This document shows positions 25,281 to 34,800 of a stretch of DNA of 64,000 nt, piece by piece (the stretch's first letter is position 1; every line of letters starts with the position of its first letter). A model generated the notes under the pieces. The model saw only the letters and a list, made by a program, of their open reading frames with translations. It ran no database searches and was not told the DNA's origin. The DNA is from Candidatus Falkowbacteria bacterium. GTDB taxonomy: Bacteria > Patescibacteriota > Patescibacteriia > Patescibacteriales > UBA12465. A program made the position numbers and the translations under genes. The stretch lies in NCBI GenBank assembly GCA_037134915.1, contig JBAXLJ010000002.1, positions 192,935 through 256,934 of the forward strand, written 5' to 3'.

Positions 25281-25658
25281 CGTTATTCGGGTAAGCGGAC
25301 GATCGCTTCGTGTTAAAACGGAGAGGAAAGTCCGGACTCCATTTAAAGGGCAGTGGATAACGTCCACCAGGGGTAACCCTAGGGAAAGTGCCACAGAGAC
25401 AATACTAATTTTAGCTTGCTAAGATGAAAGGTGAAAAGAAAGAAGGTGTCAACTTGTTTGGCTACTTTTTTCGACTAGCGGTGACGCTAGATTCGCGGTA
25501 AACCCTGCCTGGAGCAAGGACAAATTCCAATTCAAGTGAGCTGGAAAAAAAGTGGTCCGCCAGATCTTATTGGCAACAATAAGACTAGATAAATGATCGT
25601 CCTGTTTAGATTTTTATTTAAGCAGACAGAATCCGGCTTATAGCTTGCCCTGATAACA
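25281..25658 (+). ncRNA. rnpB: RNase P RNA, bacterial type A
   Basis: Conserved blocks GAGAGGAAAGTCCGGACTCC, GGGTAACCCTAGGGAAAGTGCCACAGAGA and ACAGAATCCGGCTTA. P1 pairs 25282-25296 with 25643-25657. P2 pairs GGACGATC (25297-25304) with GATCGTCC (25595-25602). Confidence 0.9.
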
Positions 25659-25711
25659 AAAAATATTTGCGCCAATTTTAAGCGCCTAGATCTGATTAAA
25701 TTTTATAATTT

Positions 25712-27133
25712 ATGAAATTAAAAAAAGTTGAATTATTTTTTACCACCATTTTGGTACCGATTGATTTTTTAACCATTTTTTTAGCCGGACTGAGTGCTTA
25801 CTATCTTCGTTTTTCAGACTATTACCGTGGTATTCGGCCGGTAATTTTTAATTTGCCGATTAATAGCTATCTTTTTTCTTTAGCGCTGATTTCCTTGGCG
25901 ATGGTGCCGATTTTTTTCTTTTCCGGTTTGTATCGAACCAAAAAAAATATCCCCCTGGCGAAAGAATTAGTGCGAATCGTTTTAGGCTGCTCTATGGGCC
26001 TGGCTTTAATCGCCATTATGATTTTTTTCCGCCGCGAACTATTTGATTCAAGATTTATCGTTTTAGTTGGTTGGTTGCTAGCGATAATTTATTTAGTAAT
26101 TGTCCATTCTTTTTTAAATTGGTTGCAAAGAAAATTGTATATCTATGGCGTTGGTGTTCATAAAGTAATTTTGGTGGGAAATAGTAAAACAGCGGATAAT
26201 TTAATTGCGGAGTTTTCTTCTAATAAATACTCCGGTTTTGAAGTGGTGCGCCGTATTCGCGATTTTTCTTTGGAAACTTCTCAGGAACTGGCTGAATATA
26301 TTAAAGACCGCGAGGTTGATGAAATCATCCAAAGCGATCCCAATTTAAGTAAAGTCGAAACTTTGCGTCTTTATGATTTTGCTACGGAGAATCAATTAAC
26401 TTTTAAATACGTGGCCGACTTGTTAGAGATCAAAGTTTTACGTCATGAAGTGGCGGAAATAATTGGAATTCCAGTAGTTGAAGTTAAGCGTACCACCTTG
26501 GAAGGTTGGGGACGGGTGGCTAAACGCAGTATGGACTTAATCGTTTCCGGTATTTTAATCATTCTTTTATCGCCAATTTTTTTAATTACCGCCATTGCCA
26601 TTAAACTAGGTTCGCGTGGCCCAATTTTCTTTGCTAGTCGTGATGACGGCACACCGGTGACTCGAGTGGGTGAAAAAGGCGTGCCTTTTCATTATTTTAA
26701 GTTCCGTTCCATGATCGATAAAGTCGATAATATGCGGTATAATGAACTAGCAGACCGAAACATCAGAAGTGATGGTCCGATGGTAAAAATTAAAGACGAT
26801 CCACGGGTGACTCGAGTCGGTAAATTTATCCGTCGCTTTTCCATTGATGAGCTGCCAGAATTATTCTTAGTTTTTGCTGGTCGTATGAGCTTAGTTGGCC
26901 CTCGTCCGCATTTACCGGAAGAGGTGGCTAAATATGAACATCATCACAAAAAAACTTTAACCATTAAGCCGGGAATTACCGGTTTGGCTCAAGTTTCCGG
27001 ACGCAGTGATTTGCTTTTTGAAGAAGAAGTGAAATTAGATGTTTATTATATCGAAAATTGGTCACTGTTATTAGATTTTTCAATTCTACTTAAAACTCCG
27101 ATGGCGGTTTTAAAACATCGTCAAGCGGAATAA
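25712..27133 (+). CDS. Polyprenyl-phosphate sugar-phosphotransferase (WbaP/bacterial sugar transferase family), priming enzyme
   Basis: N-terminal TM bundle. The C-terminal domain reads KRSMDLIVSGILIILLSPIFL..GPIFF..FKFRSM..DPRVTRVGKFIRRFSIDELPELFLVFAGRMSLVGPRP. Confidence 0.9.
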   Translation: MKLKKVELFFTTILVPIDFLTIFLAGLSAYYLRFSDYYRGIRPVIFNLPINSYLFSLALISLAMVPIFFFSGLYRTKKNIPLAKELVRIVLGCSMGLALIAIMIFFRRELFDSRFIVLVGWLLAIIYLVIVHSFLNWLQRKLYIYGVGVHKVILVGNSKTADNLIAEFSSNKYSGFEVVRRIRDFSLETSQELAEYIKDREVDEIIQSDPNLSKVETLRLYDFATENQLTFKYVADLLEIKVLRHEVAEIIGIPVVEVKRTTLEGWGRVAKRSMDLIVSGILIILLSPIFLITAIAIKLGSRGPIFFASRDDGTPVTRVGEKGVPFHYFKFRSMIDKVDNMRYNELADRNIRSDGPMVKIKDDPRVTRVGKFIRRFSIDELPELFLVFAGRMSLVGPRPHLPEEVAKYEHHHKKTLTIKPGITGLAQVSGRSDLLFEEEVKLDVYYIENWSLLLDFSILLKTPMAVLKHRQAE

Positions 27134-27142
27134 AATAAACAC

Positions 27143-28261
27143 ATGAAAGTTGCTTTAATTCACGATCATTTAGCTCAAGACGGCGGTGCCGAGAAAGTCC
27201 TTAAGGTTTTAGCCGAAATGTTTCCCGAGGCGGTCATTTATGCCTTGCTGGCTGATAAAGTTAAGACGGATAAATATTTAAAGGGGCGCCGTATTGATAC
27301 ATCAATTATTCAAAGACTGCCGGGCGGAGTGCGCCATTATAAATGGTTTTTGCCTTTTATGCCGATGGCGGTGGAATTCTTTGATTTACGTGAATATGAT
27401 TTGGTAATTTCCGATACTAGTTCTTTTGCTAAGGGAGTGATCACTTTACCGGAGGTACCCCATATTTGTTATTGCCATACGCCGACTCGTTATTTGTGGA
27501 GCGATGCCCATCAATACTTAAATGAACTTAAATATAATAAGTGGATTAAAAAAGTAATTTCTTTAATGCTAACCAATCTGAGAATCTGGGATTTTTTAGC
27601 CGCGGCCCGAGTAGATTATTTTATTGCTAATTCGAAAACGGTTCAAAAAAGAATTCAAAAATACTATCGTCGGGAATCAGAAGTGATTTATCCGCCCGTA
27701 GAAACAGAGCATTTTTTCATTAGCGATTTAAAGAATCAGGACCCGGAAGAGAAATATTTTTTAATCGGTTGCCGCTTAGTACCTTATAAGCGCGTGGATA
27801 TTGTTGTTGAAGCTTTCAAAAAACTGGGAACCGATTATAAATTAAAAGTCTTTGGTGACGGCTTGGACTTAAAGAGACTTAAAGTTATCGCTGGAGAGGC
27901 GTCTAATATTGAATTTTTGGGCCGAGTAAGCGATGATGAAAAAGCGGTTTTATATAGTCGTTCTCAGGCCTTTATTAACCCTCAGGAGGAGGATTTTGGC
28001 ATCACGCCCGTTGAATCAATGGCTTCGGGGCGCCCTGTTATTGCTTATCAAAAAGGCGGTGTGACTGAAACAGTGATTGAGGGGAAAACCGGGTTATTTT
28101 TTAAAGAGCAGACCGCCGACTCTTTGGCTGAAGCGGTTAGGAAATTTAAGGGTGATGATTTTGATTCCAGCTATATCCGCGCTCATGCAGAAAAATTTTC
28201 AGTTGGTCACTTTAAAGAGGAAATTACTAGCTTTATAAATGAAGTAAAAAATAAACAATAA
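27143..28261 (+). CDS. Glycosyltransferase family 4 (GT-B)
   Basis: KVALIHDHLAQDGGAEKV and the C-terminal EDFGITPVESMASGRPVIAYQKGGVTETV (EX7E-type motif). Confidence 0.85.
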   Translation: MKVALIHDHLAQDGGAEKVLKVLAEMFPEAVIYALLADKVKTDKYLKGRRIDTSIIQRLPGGVRHYKWFLPFMPMAVEFFDLREYDLVISDTSSFAKGVITLPEVPHICYCHTPTRYLWSDAHQYLNELKYNKWIKKVISLMLTNLRIWDFLAAARVDYFIANSKTVQKRIQKYYRRESEVIYPPVETEHFFISDLKNQDPEEKYFLIGCRLVPYKRVDIVVEAFKKLGTDYKLKVFGDGLDLKRLKVIAGEASNIEFLGRVSDDEKAVLYSRSQAFINPQEEDFGITPVESMASGRPVIAYQKGGVTETVIEGKTGLFFKEQTADSLAEAVRKFKGDDFDSSYIRAHAEKFSVGHFKEEITSFINEVKNKQ

Positions 28262-28263
28262 AC

Positions 28264-29406
28264 ATGAAAATTGGCGTTGACATCCGTGTTTTAATGGATA
28301 AACAATACAGTGGTATTTCGGAGTATGCTTATTATTTACTTAAAGAGCTTTTAGCGCGCGAGGATGATAATGAATACGTTTTTTATTACAATTCATTTAA
28401 GAAGTTAGATGAGCACTTTTTAGATTGGGATAGCCCTAAAATCACTTTTAAAAATACAAGTTGGCCGAACAAAATCTTTAATTATATTTTGCAAAAGTTT
28501 TTAGATTGGCCCAAACTCGATTCGGTCACGGGTCCGGTTGATGTTTTTTGGTCACCACATCTTAACTTTTCTTGTTTTGGGCAGCAAGCCGGTAAGAAAA
28601 TCTTAACGGTGCATGATTTATCATTTCTGCGTTATCCAGAATTTTTTAGTAATCGTAAAAATTTGTGGCACAAAGGACTTAATGTTAAAAAGCTGGTTAG
28701 AAAATACGACACTATTGTTGCTATTTCTGAAAATACCAAAGTTGATTTAATGGAACTATTGCATGTTCCCGAAGAAAAAATTATCGTTATTTACTCCGGT
28801 TTAAATCAGGAACTAAATGATTTAAGTCCAGCTAGTATCAATTCTTTTAAAAGCCGTCATGAAATAAATTCGCGTTTCATCCTTTATTTAGGGGCGATTG
28901 AGCCGCGAAAGAATGTGGCCGGTTTAATTGAGGCATACAACTTAATGAGAGACCGGCATTTTCCTTTAACCGAGTATCAGTTACTTCTAGCCGGAGCTAG
29001 TGGTTGGAAAAATAAACATATCTATAAGAAGGCTGAGGATTCTCTATACCGTGATGATATTCGTTTCTTGGGCTATGTTAGTCGTCAGGAGCGTGATTGG
29101 CTCTATACTAACGCTTCTTTGTTTGTCTATCCTTCTTATTACGAAGGCTTTGGCTTTCCGCCGCTTGAAGCTATGTCTCGTGGTTTAGCAACCATCACTT
29201 CAGATATTTCTTCGTTACCGGAAGTAACCGGCGACGCCGCTTTACTAATTAATCCTTATTCGGCTTTAGATTTAGCTAGAGGCATGGAAACTATGCTTTT
29301 AGACTCGGACCTAAGAAAAAGATATTCCGAGAAAGGCTTAGAAAGATCTAAATTATTTAGCTGGTCAAAAACCGCTGATAATTATTTAAAATTATTTAAA
29401 AAATAA
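28264..29406 (+). CDS. Glycosyltransferase family 4 (GT-B)
   Basis: EGFGFPPLEAMSRGLATITSDISSLPEVTGDAALLINP. Confidence 0.85.
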   Translation: MKIGVDIRVLMDKQYSGISEYAYYLLKELLAREDDNEYVFYYNSFKKLDEHFLDWDSPKITFKNTSWPNKIFNYILQKFLDWPKLDSVTGPVDVFWSPHLNFSCFGQQAGKKILTVHDLSFLRYPEFFSNRKNLWHKGLNVKKLVRKYDTIVAISENTKVDLMELLHVPEEKIIVIYSGLNQELNDLSPASINSFKSRHEINSRFILYLGAIEPRKNVAGLIEAYNLMRDRHFPLTEYQLLLAGASGWKNKHIYKKAEDSLYRDDIRFLGYVSRQERDWLYTNASLFVYPSYYEGFGFPPLEAMSRGLATITSDISSLPEVTGDAALLINPYSALDLARGMETMLLDSDLRKRYSEKGLERSKLFSWSKTADNYLKLFKK

Positions 29407-29407
29407 T

Positions 29408-29845
29408 ATGCGCGCTGTCATCCAAGTAGTTAGATCCGCCAGTGTTAGCTGTGACGATAAAATAGTTGGAGAAGTGGCTCAAGGCTATTTAATATTGCTG
29501 GCCATTTGCCACAATGACACGGAAGATAAGATTCTTAAAATGGCTGATAAAATAGCTAATTTGAGAATTTTTATGGATCAAGAAGAGAAGATGAATTTGA
29601 GCCTCAAAGATGTTGGGGGAGAAATTCTATTAGTTTCACAATTTACTTTATATGGCGATACCAAAAAAGGTAATCGTCCGAGTTTTATTGACTCCGCTCG
29701 ACCAGACAAAGCTGAACCCTACTATGAAAAGATTATTTCTTTACTTAGAGACAAAGGTTTTAAGGTGGCGACCGGTATTTTTGGGGCCAAAATGTCCATT
29801 TCTTTAGTTAATGAAGGCCCGACAACTATAATTATTGATTTATAA
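29408..29845 (+). CDS. dtd: D-aminoacyl-tRNA deacylase
   Basis: MRAVIQVV.. and SQFTLYGDTKKGNRPSF with the C-terminal NEGPTTIIID match Dtd. 145 aa. Confidence 0.9.
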   Translation: MRAVIQVVRSASVSCDDKIVGEVAQGYLILLAICHNDTEDKILKMADKIANLRIFMDQEEKMNLSLKDVGGEILLVSQFTLYGDTKKGNRPSFIDSARPDKAEPYYEKIISLLRDKGFKVATGIFGAKMSISLVNEGPTTIIIDL

Positions 29846-29846
29846 A

Positions 29847-30929
29847 ATGACCACTAAAAAAATAAAAATATTAATGGCGATGTCCGGCGGGGTTGACTCC
29901 TCGGTGGCAGCGCAACTCTTAAAAAACCAAGGCTATGACGTCACTGGTATTTTTTTACATTTCTGGAAGGACGAAAAATTAGGGGCTAAGGCGGAAAATA
30001 AATGTTGCTCTCTCGAATCATTGCTTGACGCTAAGGCGGTGGCTAATAAAATCGGCATCCCGTTACATACTTTTAATTTTGCTAAAGAATTTAAGGCGAC
30101 GGTAGTAGATAATTTTTTAGATGAGTACGCAGCTGGTCGGACACCTAATCCTTGTGTTTTATGCAATAAAAAAATTAAAATTGGTTTGTTGCTAGAGTAT
30201 GCAAAAAATTTAGGTTTTGATTATGTGGCTACGGGGCACTACTTAAAAATTAAAGATTTTGCCGGCGAGCGGAGATTATATAAAGCGAAAGATACAAAAA
30301 AAGATCAGTCATATTTTTTATATACTTTTAATCAAAAACAGCTTAAGCATTTAATGTTTCCTTTGGGCGGCTATGATAAGCCCAAGGTTCGTAAATTGGC
30401 CGAAAAATACGGTTTAATTACCGCCGCCAAACCGGAAAGCCAAGACATCTGTTTTCTGTCTGGTCCGCATAATGATTTTTTAAAAAGGTATTTAAAACTG
30501 AAACCGGGGCCGATAAAATTACTTGATAGTGGGGAAGAGATTGCCACACATCAAGGCCTACCGTTATACACTATAGGACAGCGAAGAGGAATTGAAATTG
30601 GCGGTAATGGCCCTTATTATGTGGCTAAAATGGATTATGAGACAAACACGCTTTATGTTGTCAGACAGTGGAATGAAGAGATTCTTTTTGCTTCCGGCTT
30701 AAACTGCCAGGGCAGCAATTGGTTATCAGGTAAGGCACCTAAACTCCCTCTAAGCTGCCAAGCCGTTATTCGTTACGGGCACGCTTCCGTTCCTTGTGTG
30801 GTTAGTCGCGGTAAAATAAAAGATGAACTGGTGGTTAAATTTAAAGCGCCGCAGCGAGCCGTCACTCCCGGCCAAAGTGTGGTTTTTTATGACAAAAATC
30901 GCGTTTTAGGCGGGGGAATTATAAAGTAA
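29847..30929 (+). CDS. mnmA: tRNA 2-thiouridine(34) synthase
   Basis: PP-loop AMSGGVDSSVAA. NPCVLCNKKIK and ATGHY motifs. The ATG at 29847 is preferred over the ORF-track start at 29835. Confidence 0.95.
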   Translation: MTTKKIKILMAMSGGVDSSVAAQLLKNQGYDVTGIFLHFWKDEKLGAKAENKCCSLESLLDAKAVANKIGIPLHTFNFAKEFKATVVDNFLDEYAAGRTPNPCVLCNKKIKIGLLLEYAKNLGFDYVATGHYLKIKDFAGERRLYKAKDTKKDQSYFLYTFNQKQLKHLMFPLGGYDKPKVRKLAEKYGLITAAKPESQDICFLSGPHNDFLKRYLKLKPGPIKLLDSGEEIATHQGLPLYTIGQRRGIEIGGNGPYYVAKMDYETNTLYVVRQWNEEILFASGLNCQGSNWLSGKAPKLPLSCQAVIRYGHASVPCVVSRGKIKDELVVKFKAPQRAVTPGQSVVFYDKNRVLGGGIIK

Positions 30930-30947
30930 AGATTTTTTTATTTTTTA

Positions 30948-30956
30948 TGTTATAAT
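30948..30956 (+). promoter_or_regulatory. Extended -10 element TGTTATAAT
   Basis: 36 nt upstream of the ATG at 30993. Confidence 0.4.
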
Positions 30957-30992
30957 AAAATTTGTAATTAAAAAATAAATTTAAAATATTCT

Positions 30993-31346
30993 ATGTCACA
31001 AAATCTTCAAGAAGTTTTTAAAAGGATTCAGGAAAAGAAAAAAGAGCAGAGTGAGCTTAAAAAAATGTATCGCGATGCTTTATCAGTTAACGGTGGTTAC
31101 CAAGAACTTTTAGAAGAGCTGGAAGCTTTAAAACTTAAGAAAAAGAAATTAGAAGCGGGTGTGCAATCGGATTTTAAAGAAGAATTTGATAAAATTGAAG
31201 GGCTAAAATTAAATATTGCCGGTGACGCGCAAATATTATCTGACTTAGCTCTAACGCAACTAACTAGCGGTCAAGAAGTAAAAATTGTTGATGAAAATAA
31301 GGTGGAATACGAACCGATATTTACTGTCCGATTTAAAAAGAGCTAA
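30993..31346 (+). CDS. Hypothetical coiled-coil protein
   Basis: 117 aa, heptad-rich (ELLEELEALKLKKKKLEAG). A terminator follows. Confidence 0.5.
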   Translation: MSQNLQEVFKRIQEKKKEQSELKKMYRDALSVNGGYQELLEELEALKLKKKKLEAGVQSDFKEEFDKIEGLKLNIAGDAQILSDLALTQLTSGQEVKIVDENKVEYEPIFTVRFKKS

Positions 31347-31355
31347 ATCAAATTT

Positions 31356-31386
31356 AAAAGGCCTGGGATTGTCCAGGCCTTTTTTG
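31356..31386. terminator. Bidirectional terminator
   Basis: AAAAGGCCTGG-gattgt-CCAGGCCTTTTTT between convergent genes. Confidence 0.8.
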
Positions 31387-31401
31387 TTATGAGCAGTATT
31401 T

Positions 31402-32463
31402 TTAGATGACCATTTTGAATAAGTCATCTTTGTAATAACCATTAAGAGAATCTTTAATTTTATCTCTTAACTTGATGAATAAAATTCCTTCTTCGTAGGT
31501 ATCCATTTCTTCAGAGAAATTATCCAAACAGAAGATAAAAGAAGATTTAGTTTCAATAGCAGGCATGATATTGCTGCTTAGGATATTAATCATAATTTCC
31601 AGGTGCCCGAGATCGTTATAGGAAACTCGGAATTCATCGACTATTTGTTCATCATAACACCAGAGCCAAACTATTTTGCCATTTATCTTTGCGGCAATAT
31701 CTATCGTTTTATTCAAAATAGATTTATAGTTATCGTAAAAAAGTGAATTTGATAAATCAATTTTAACAGTAGTGTGCGTATAATCATCTTGTTTACTTCC
31801 TAGTCCGGAACAAATCGATTTAGATAATACCCCTGAAGGGTTATTAACAAAATAACCTAGCCATTTATCTATGGCAAGTTTGTGCCATTTACCATTTAGA
31901 TTATCAAGCCAGATCATTAGCGGTAGCGAAATTATTCCGATAAAGTAATAAGGACTAAATATAAAACCAAATAGTATTGCCGCTGCAAAAACCAGCAAAA
32001 GCAATGAGGTCCAGGTTGGTACATCGCTGGGCTTAGATCTAAAAAATCCTTTATTAACCTTAAGATAGGTTTCGCCTTCATCATTAAGTGGTCGGAAAAC
32101 AAAAAAACCTTTTTGCAACTCCAAAGAATTGAGTAAGAAGTTTTTTTCAATCACTACTTTTCCCGAATCTCCTTTGAAGCGTCTTTGATCGGAAAAGTGA
32201 TTTTTGATGTTTTTTCTAATTTCTTGCCAGTCTTCGAAGTCGATTCCTTCGGCAACGCGAATAATTGTACCGGAAACTTTGCCCAAAGATGATTCCTCGG
32301 CCCTAGATTTTAAATTTCCCAGGCATTCATCTTGAGTAGCCTGAAGTTTTCTTAGAAAATTTTTCATTGTTAAATAACTTTTTTTGTTTCCTACTCCTAT
32401 ATTTAAAGTCCCGTTCGGTTTTGGACTTGAGAAGAATCTAACATAATAATTGCTAAAAGTCAA
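31402..32463 (-). CDS. Hypothetical protein with central TM hairpin
   Basis: Long ORF with TM segments WTSLLLLVFAAAILFGFIF/YYFIGIISLPLMIWL. The ORF-track start overlaps the tRNA-Leu terminator, so the ATG at 32367 (MKNFLRKLQ..) is more likely. Confidence 0.55.
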   Translation of the reverse strand: MTFSNYYVRFFSSPKPNGTLNIGVGNKKSYLTMKNFLRKLQATQDECLGNLKSRAEESSLGKVSGTIIRVAEGIDFEDWQEIRKNIKNHFSDQRRFKGDSGKVVIEKNFLLNSLELQKGFFVFRPLNDEGETYLKVNKGFFRSKPSDVPTWTSLLLLVFAAAILFGFIFSPYYFIGIISLPLMIWLDNLNGKWHKLAIDKWLGYFVNNPSGVLSKSICSGLGSKQDDYTHTTVKIDLSNSLFYDNYKSILNKTIDIAAKINGKIVWLWCYDEQIVDEFRVSYNDLGHLEIMINILSSNIMPAIETKSSFIFCLDNFSEEMDTYEEGILFIKLRDKIKDSLNGYYKDDLFKMVI

Positions 32464-32499
32464 AAAACAGGCTTTTTAGAAGAAGCCTGCTTTTATCTG

Positions 32500-32583
32500 T
32501 GCCGCGGGAGGGAATCGAACCCTCATGATATCGCTACCACACGAGTTTGAGTCGTGCGCGTCTACCAATTCCGCCACCGCGGC
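32500..32583 (-). tRNA. tRNA-Leu (anticodon CAA), class II with long variable arm; CCA not encoded
   Basis: Reverse complement GCCGCGG-TG-GCGG-AATTGGTAGA-CGCG-CACGA-CTCAAAC-TCGTG-TGGTAGCGATATCAT-GAGGG-TTCGATT-CCCTC-CCGCGGC-A. A hairpin plus T-run follows at 32492-32462. Confidence 0.93.
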
Positions 32584-32686
32584 GTTAAATTCCTTCTTAT
32601 TATAATATAAAAACTTGGATTGTCAAATTTATTGGAATATTTAATTAAAATATCAATGGAAATATTGGTCTTATTTTGTTATAATA

Positions 32687-32695
32687 AAAATAATT
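32687..32695 (+). promoter_or_regulatory. Extended -10 element TGTTATAAT
   Basis: 20 nt upstream of the ATG at 32716. Confidence 0.4.
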
Positions 32696-32715
32696 AATTA
32701 AGTAATTTTATTTAT

Positions 32716-33347
32716 ATGGGGAGTCTTAATTTAAATAAATCAATTGCTATTTTTGAGAACGACCCAGTTCGTCGCCTTTGGTTGGAAAAAGAAGAAAAGT
32801 GGGTATTTAGTGTGGTGGATGTTGTAAGGGTTTTGACTGGAAGTCTTAACGCCCGTGATTATTGGAAAGTTTTAAAATTTCGTTTGATTGAAGAGGGCTC
32901 AAATCAAACGGTTACAAATTGTAACCAGTTGAAATTATTGGCTAATGATGGAAAAATGAGATTAACCGATACAGCTGATGTCGAAACAATATTCCGTCTC
33001 ATAAAGTTTCTCAACAAGAAGAGTTTGCAGTGTTAACAAATATTATTCATCAAGAATGGACCGGACTTACGGTTATTCAACATAAAAAACTAAAAAGCTT
33101 AAAAGGTCATAATTTAAGAGATAATATGACTGAAGCAGAATTACCTTTTACTTCTTTAGCCGAATTATCTACTAGACAAATTGCCGAGAAAGATACAGCT
33201 ATTGGTTTTAGGAATAATGCTATTTCTGCTAAAAAAGGTGGTGGCGTTGCGTCGAGAGCCAAAAAAGATTTTGAAAAATTAACCGGGAATAAAGTAGTGT
33301 CAAAAAATAATTTTTTAGCACCTAGAAAAAGAACAAAACTAATATGA
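32716..33347 (+). pseudogene. Disrupted Bro-N/antirepressor-like gene (internal deletion plus frameshift)
   Basis: ORF 32716-33036 carries the N-terminal part (..EEKWVFSVVDVVRVLTGSLNARDYWKVLKFRL..LKLLANDGKMRLTDTADVETIFRLI). ORF 33030-33347, in another frame, carries the C-terminal part (EEFAVLTNIIH..LRDNMTEAEL..GGGVASRAKKDFEKLTGNKVVSKNNFL) of what I recall as one family. The central ~70-80 aa are missing. Confidence 0.6.
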
Positions 33348-33958
33348 ATCAAGAAACAAAAACTACTGACGCTTATAATAAAATCGCGGCTGAATACAGT
33401 GAACGCAACTATAATCTTATTTGGGTTAATGAATATAATTATTATAAAACCCTGTTAAGCGGTAACAAGATTATTGATTTAGGCTGTGGCGCCGGTCGCG
33501 ACGGCGAACATTTTGTTAAAGATGGATACGACTACTTAGGAATCGATTCGTCTTCGGAAATGATTAAAATTGCCAAAAATAGAGTTAAAAATGGGGAATT
33601 TAAGATAATGGATTTACGTAATATGACTCTACCATTAGAATCTTTTGATGGTTTTTGGGCTTCGGCCAGCTTATTACATTTTCCTAAAACGGAAGCTTTT
33701 AGCATCTTAAAATCATTTTTTAAATTATTAAAAAGAGATGGTGTCGGTTTTGTTTCAGTTAAAGAAAAAACTAAGATGGATGAGGGGTTTATTAAAGAAG
33801 ATAAGGGCGGCGGCATCGAACGTTATTTTTCTTTTTATATGGAAGGGGAAATGATCAATTTGTTAGAAACCGCTGGTTTTGAAATATTAAATATTACCCA
33901 CCTTCTTGAAGACGATAAATTTCAGACCAAATGGCTGTGTTTCTTTGTAAAAAAGTAA
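33344..33958 (+). CDS. Class I SAM-dependent methyltransferase
   Basis: Motif I IIDLGCGAGRDGEHF. Its start overlaps the preceding stop (ATGA). Confidence 0.8.
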   Translation: MNQETKTTDAYNKIAAEYSERNYNLIWVNEYNYYKTLLSGNKIIDLGCGAGRDGEHFVKDGYDYLGIDSSSEMIKIAKNRVKNGEFKIMDLRNMTLPLESFDGFWASASLLHFPKTEAFSILKSFFKLLKRDGVGFVSVKEKTKMDEGFIKEDKGGGIERYFSFYMEGEMINLLETAGFEILNITHLLEDDKFQTKWLCFFVKK

Positions 33959-34018
33959 TCTCTATTGTTACGGCTTCTTTTTTCCGTTATAATCAAGGCA
34001 GTTATAGATAAAGTATTT

Positions 34019-34789
34019 ATGGGTAAAATTATTGCCGTCGTGAATCAAAAAGGGGGAGTCGGTAAAACGACCACCTCTGTTAATTTAGGTGCCTATTTGG
34101 CCGGTTTAGGAAAACAGGTGCTTTTGGTTGATTTAGACCCTCAAGCTAATGCCACCTCTGGCTTAGGCATTGAACACAGCAAACTAGAGGCCGGAATTTA
34201 TGAAGCTTTAATTGGTGAGAAACGAATTTTTGATATTATTAAGCGAACTTTACAAAAAGGCTATTCAATTGCTCCGGCTACAGTTTCTTTGGCTGGCGCT
34301 GGAATTGAACTGGTTTCGATGGAAAATCGAGAGTTTCGCTTATCTCAAATTCTGGAAAGTATTCGCGGTGAATATGATTATATAATCGTTGATGGTCCAC
34401 CATCTCTAGGACTTTTAACTATAAATAGTTTGGTGGCGGCTGATGAAATTTTAATTCCCACCCAAAGTGAATATTATGCTTTAGAGGGTTTGGGTCAATT
34501 ACTGCAAACTATTGGTTTGATTCAGGAAAATTTAAAACCAGAACTTAAAATAATGGGGACGGTGGTCACAATGTTTGACCGCCGCAATAAATTATCGGGC
34601 TCGGTAATGGAAGAACTGAAAAAGCATTTTCCGGGAAAAGTTTTTGAGGCAGTGATTCCGCGCAGTGTGCGTTTAGCGGAAGCGCCGAGTTATGGCCGCA
34701 GTATTTTTCAATATGATAATAAATCGACCGGCGGCCGAGCTTATGAAGCCTTGGCTTTAGAAGTTATTTCCTTAGAAGAAATTAAATAA
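34019..34789 (+). CDS. parA: Chromosome partitioning ATPase ParA/Soj
   Basis: MGKIIAVVNQKGGVGKTTTSVNLGAYLA (deviant Walker A) and VLLVDLDPQANATSGLG. The ATG at 34019 is preferred over the ORF-track start at 33965. Confidence 0.93.
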   Translation: MGKIIAVVNQKGGVGKTTTSVNLGAYLAGLGKQVLLVDLDPQANATSGLGIEHSKLEAGIYEALIGEKRIFDIIKRTLQKGYSIAPATVSLAGAGIELVSMENREFRLSQILESIRGEYDYIIVDGPPSLGLLTINSLVAADEILIPTQSEYYALEGLGQLLQTIGLIQENLKPELKIMGTVVTMFDRRNKLSGSVMEELKKHFPGKVFEAVIPRSVRLAEAPSYGRSIFQYDNKSTGGRAYEALALEVISLEEIK

Positions 34790-34800
34790 ATTTATATATT

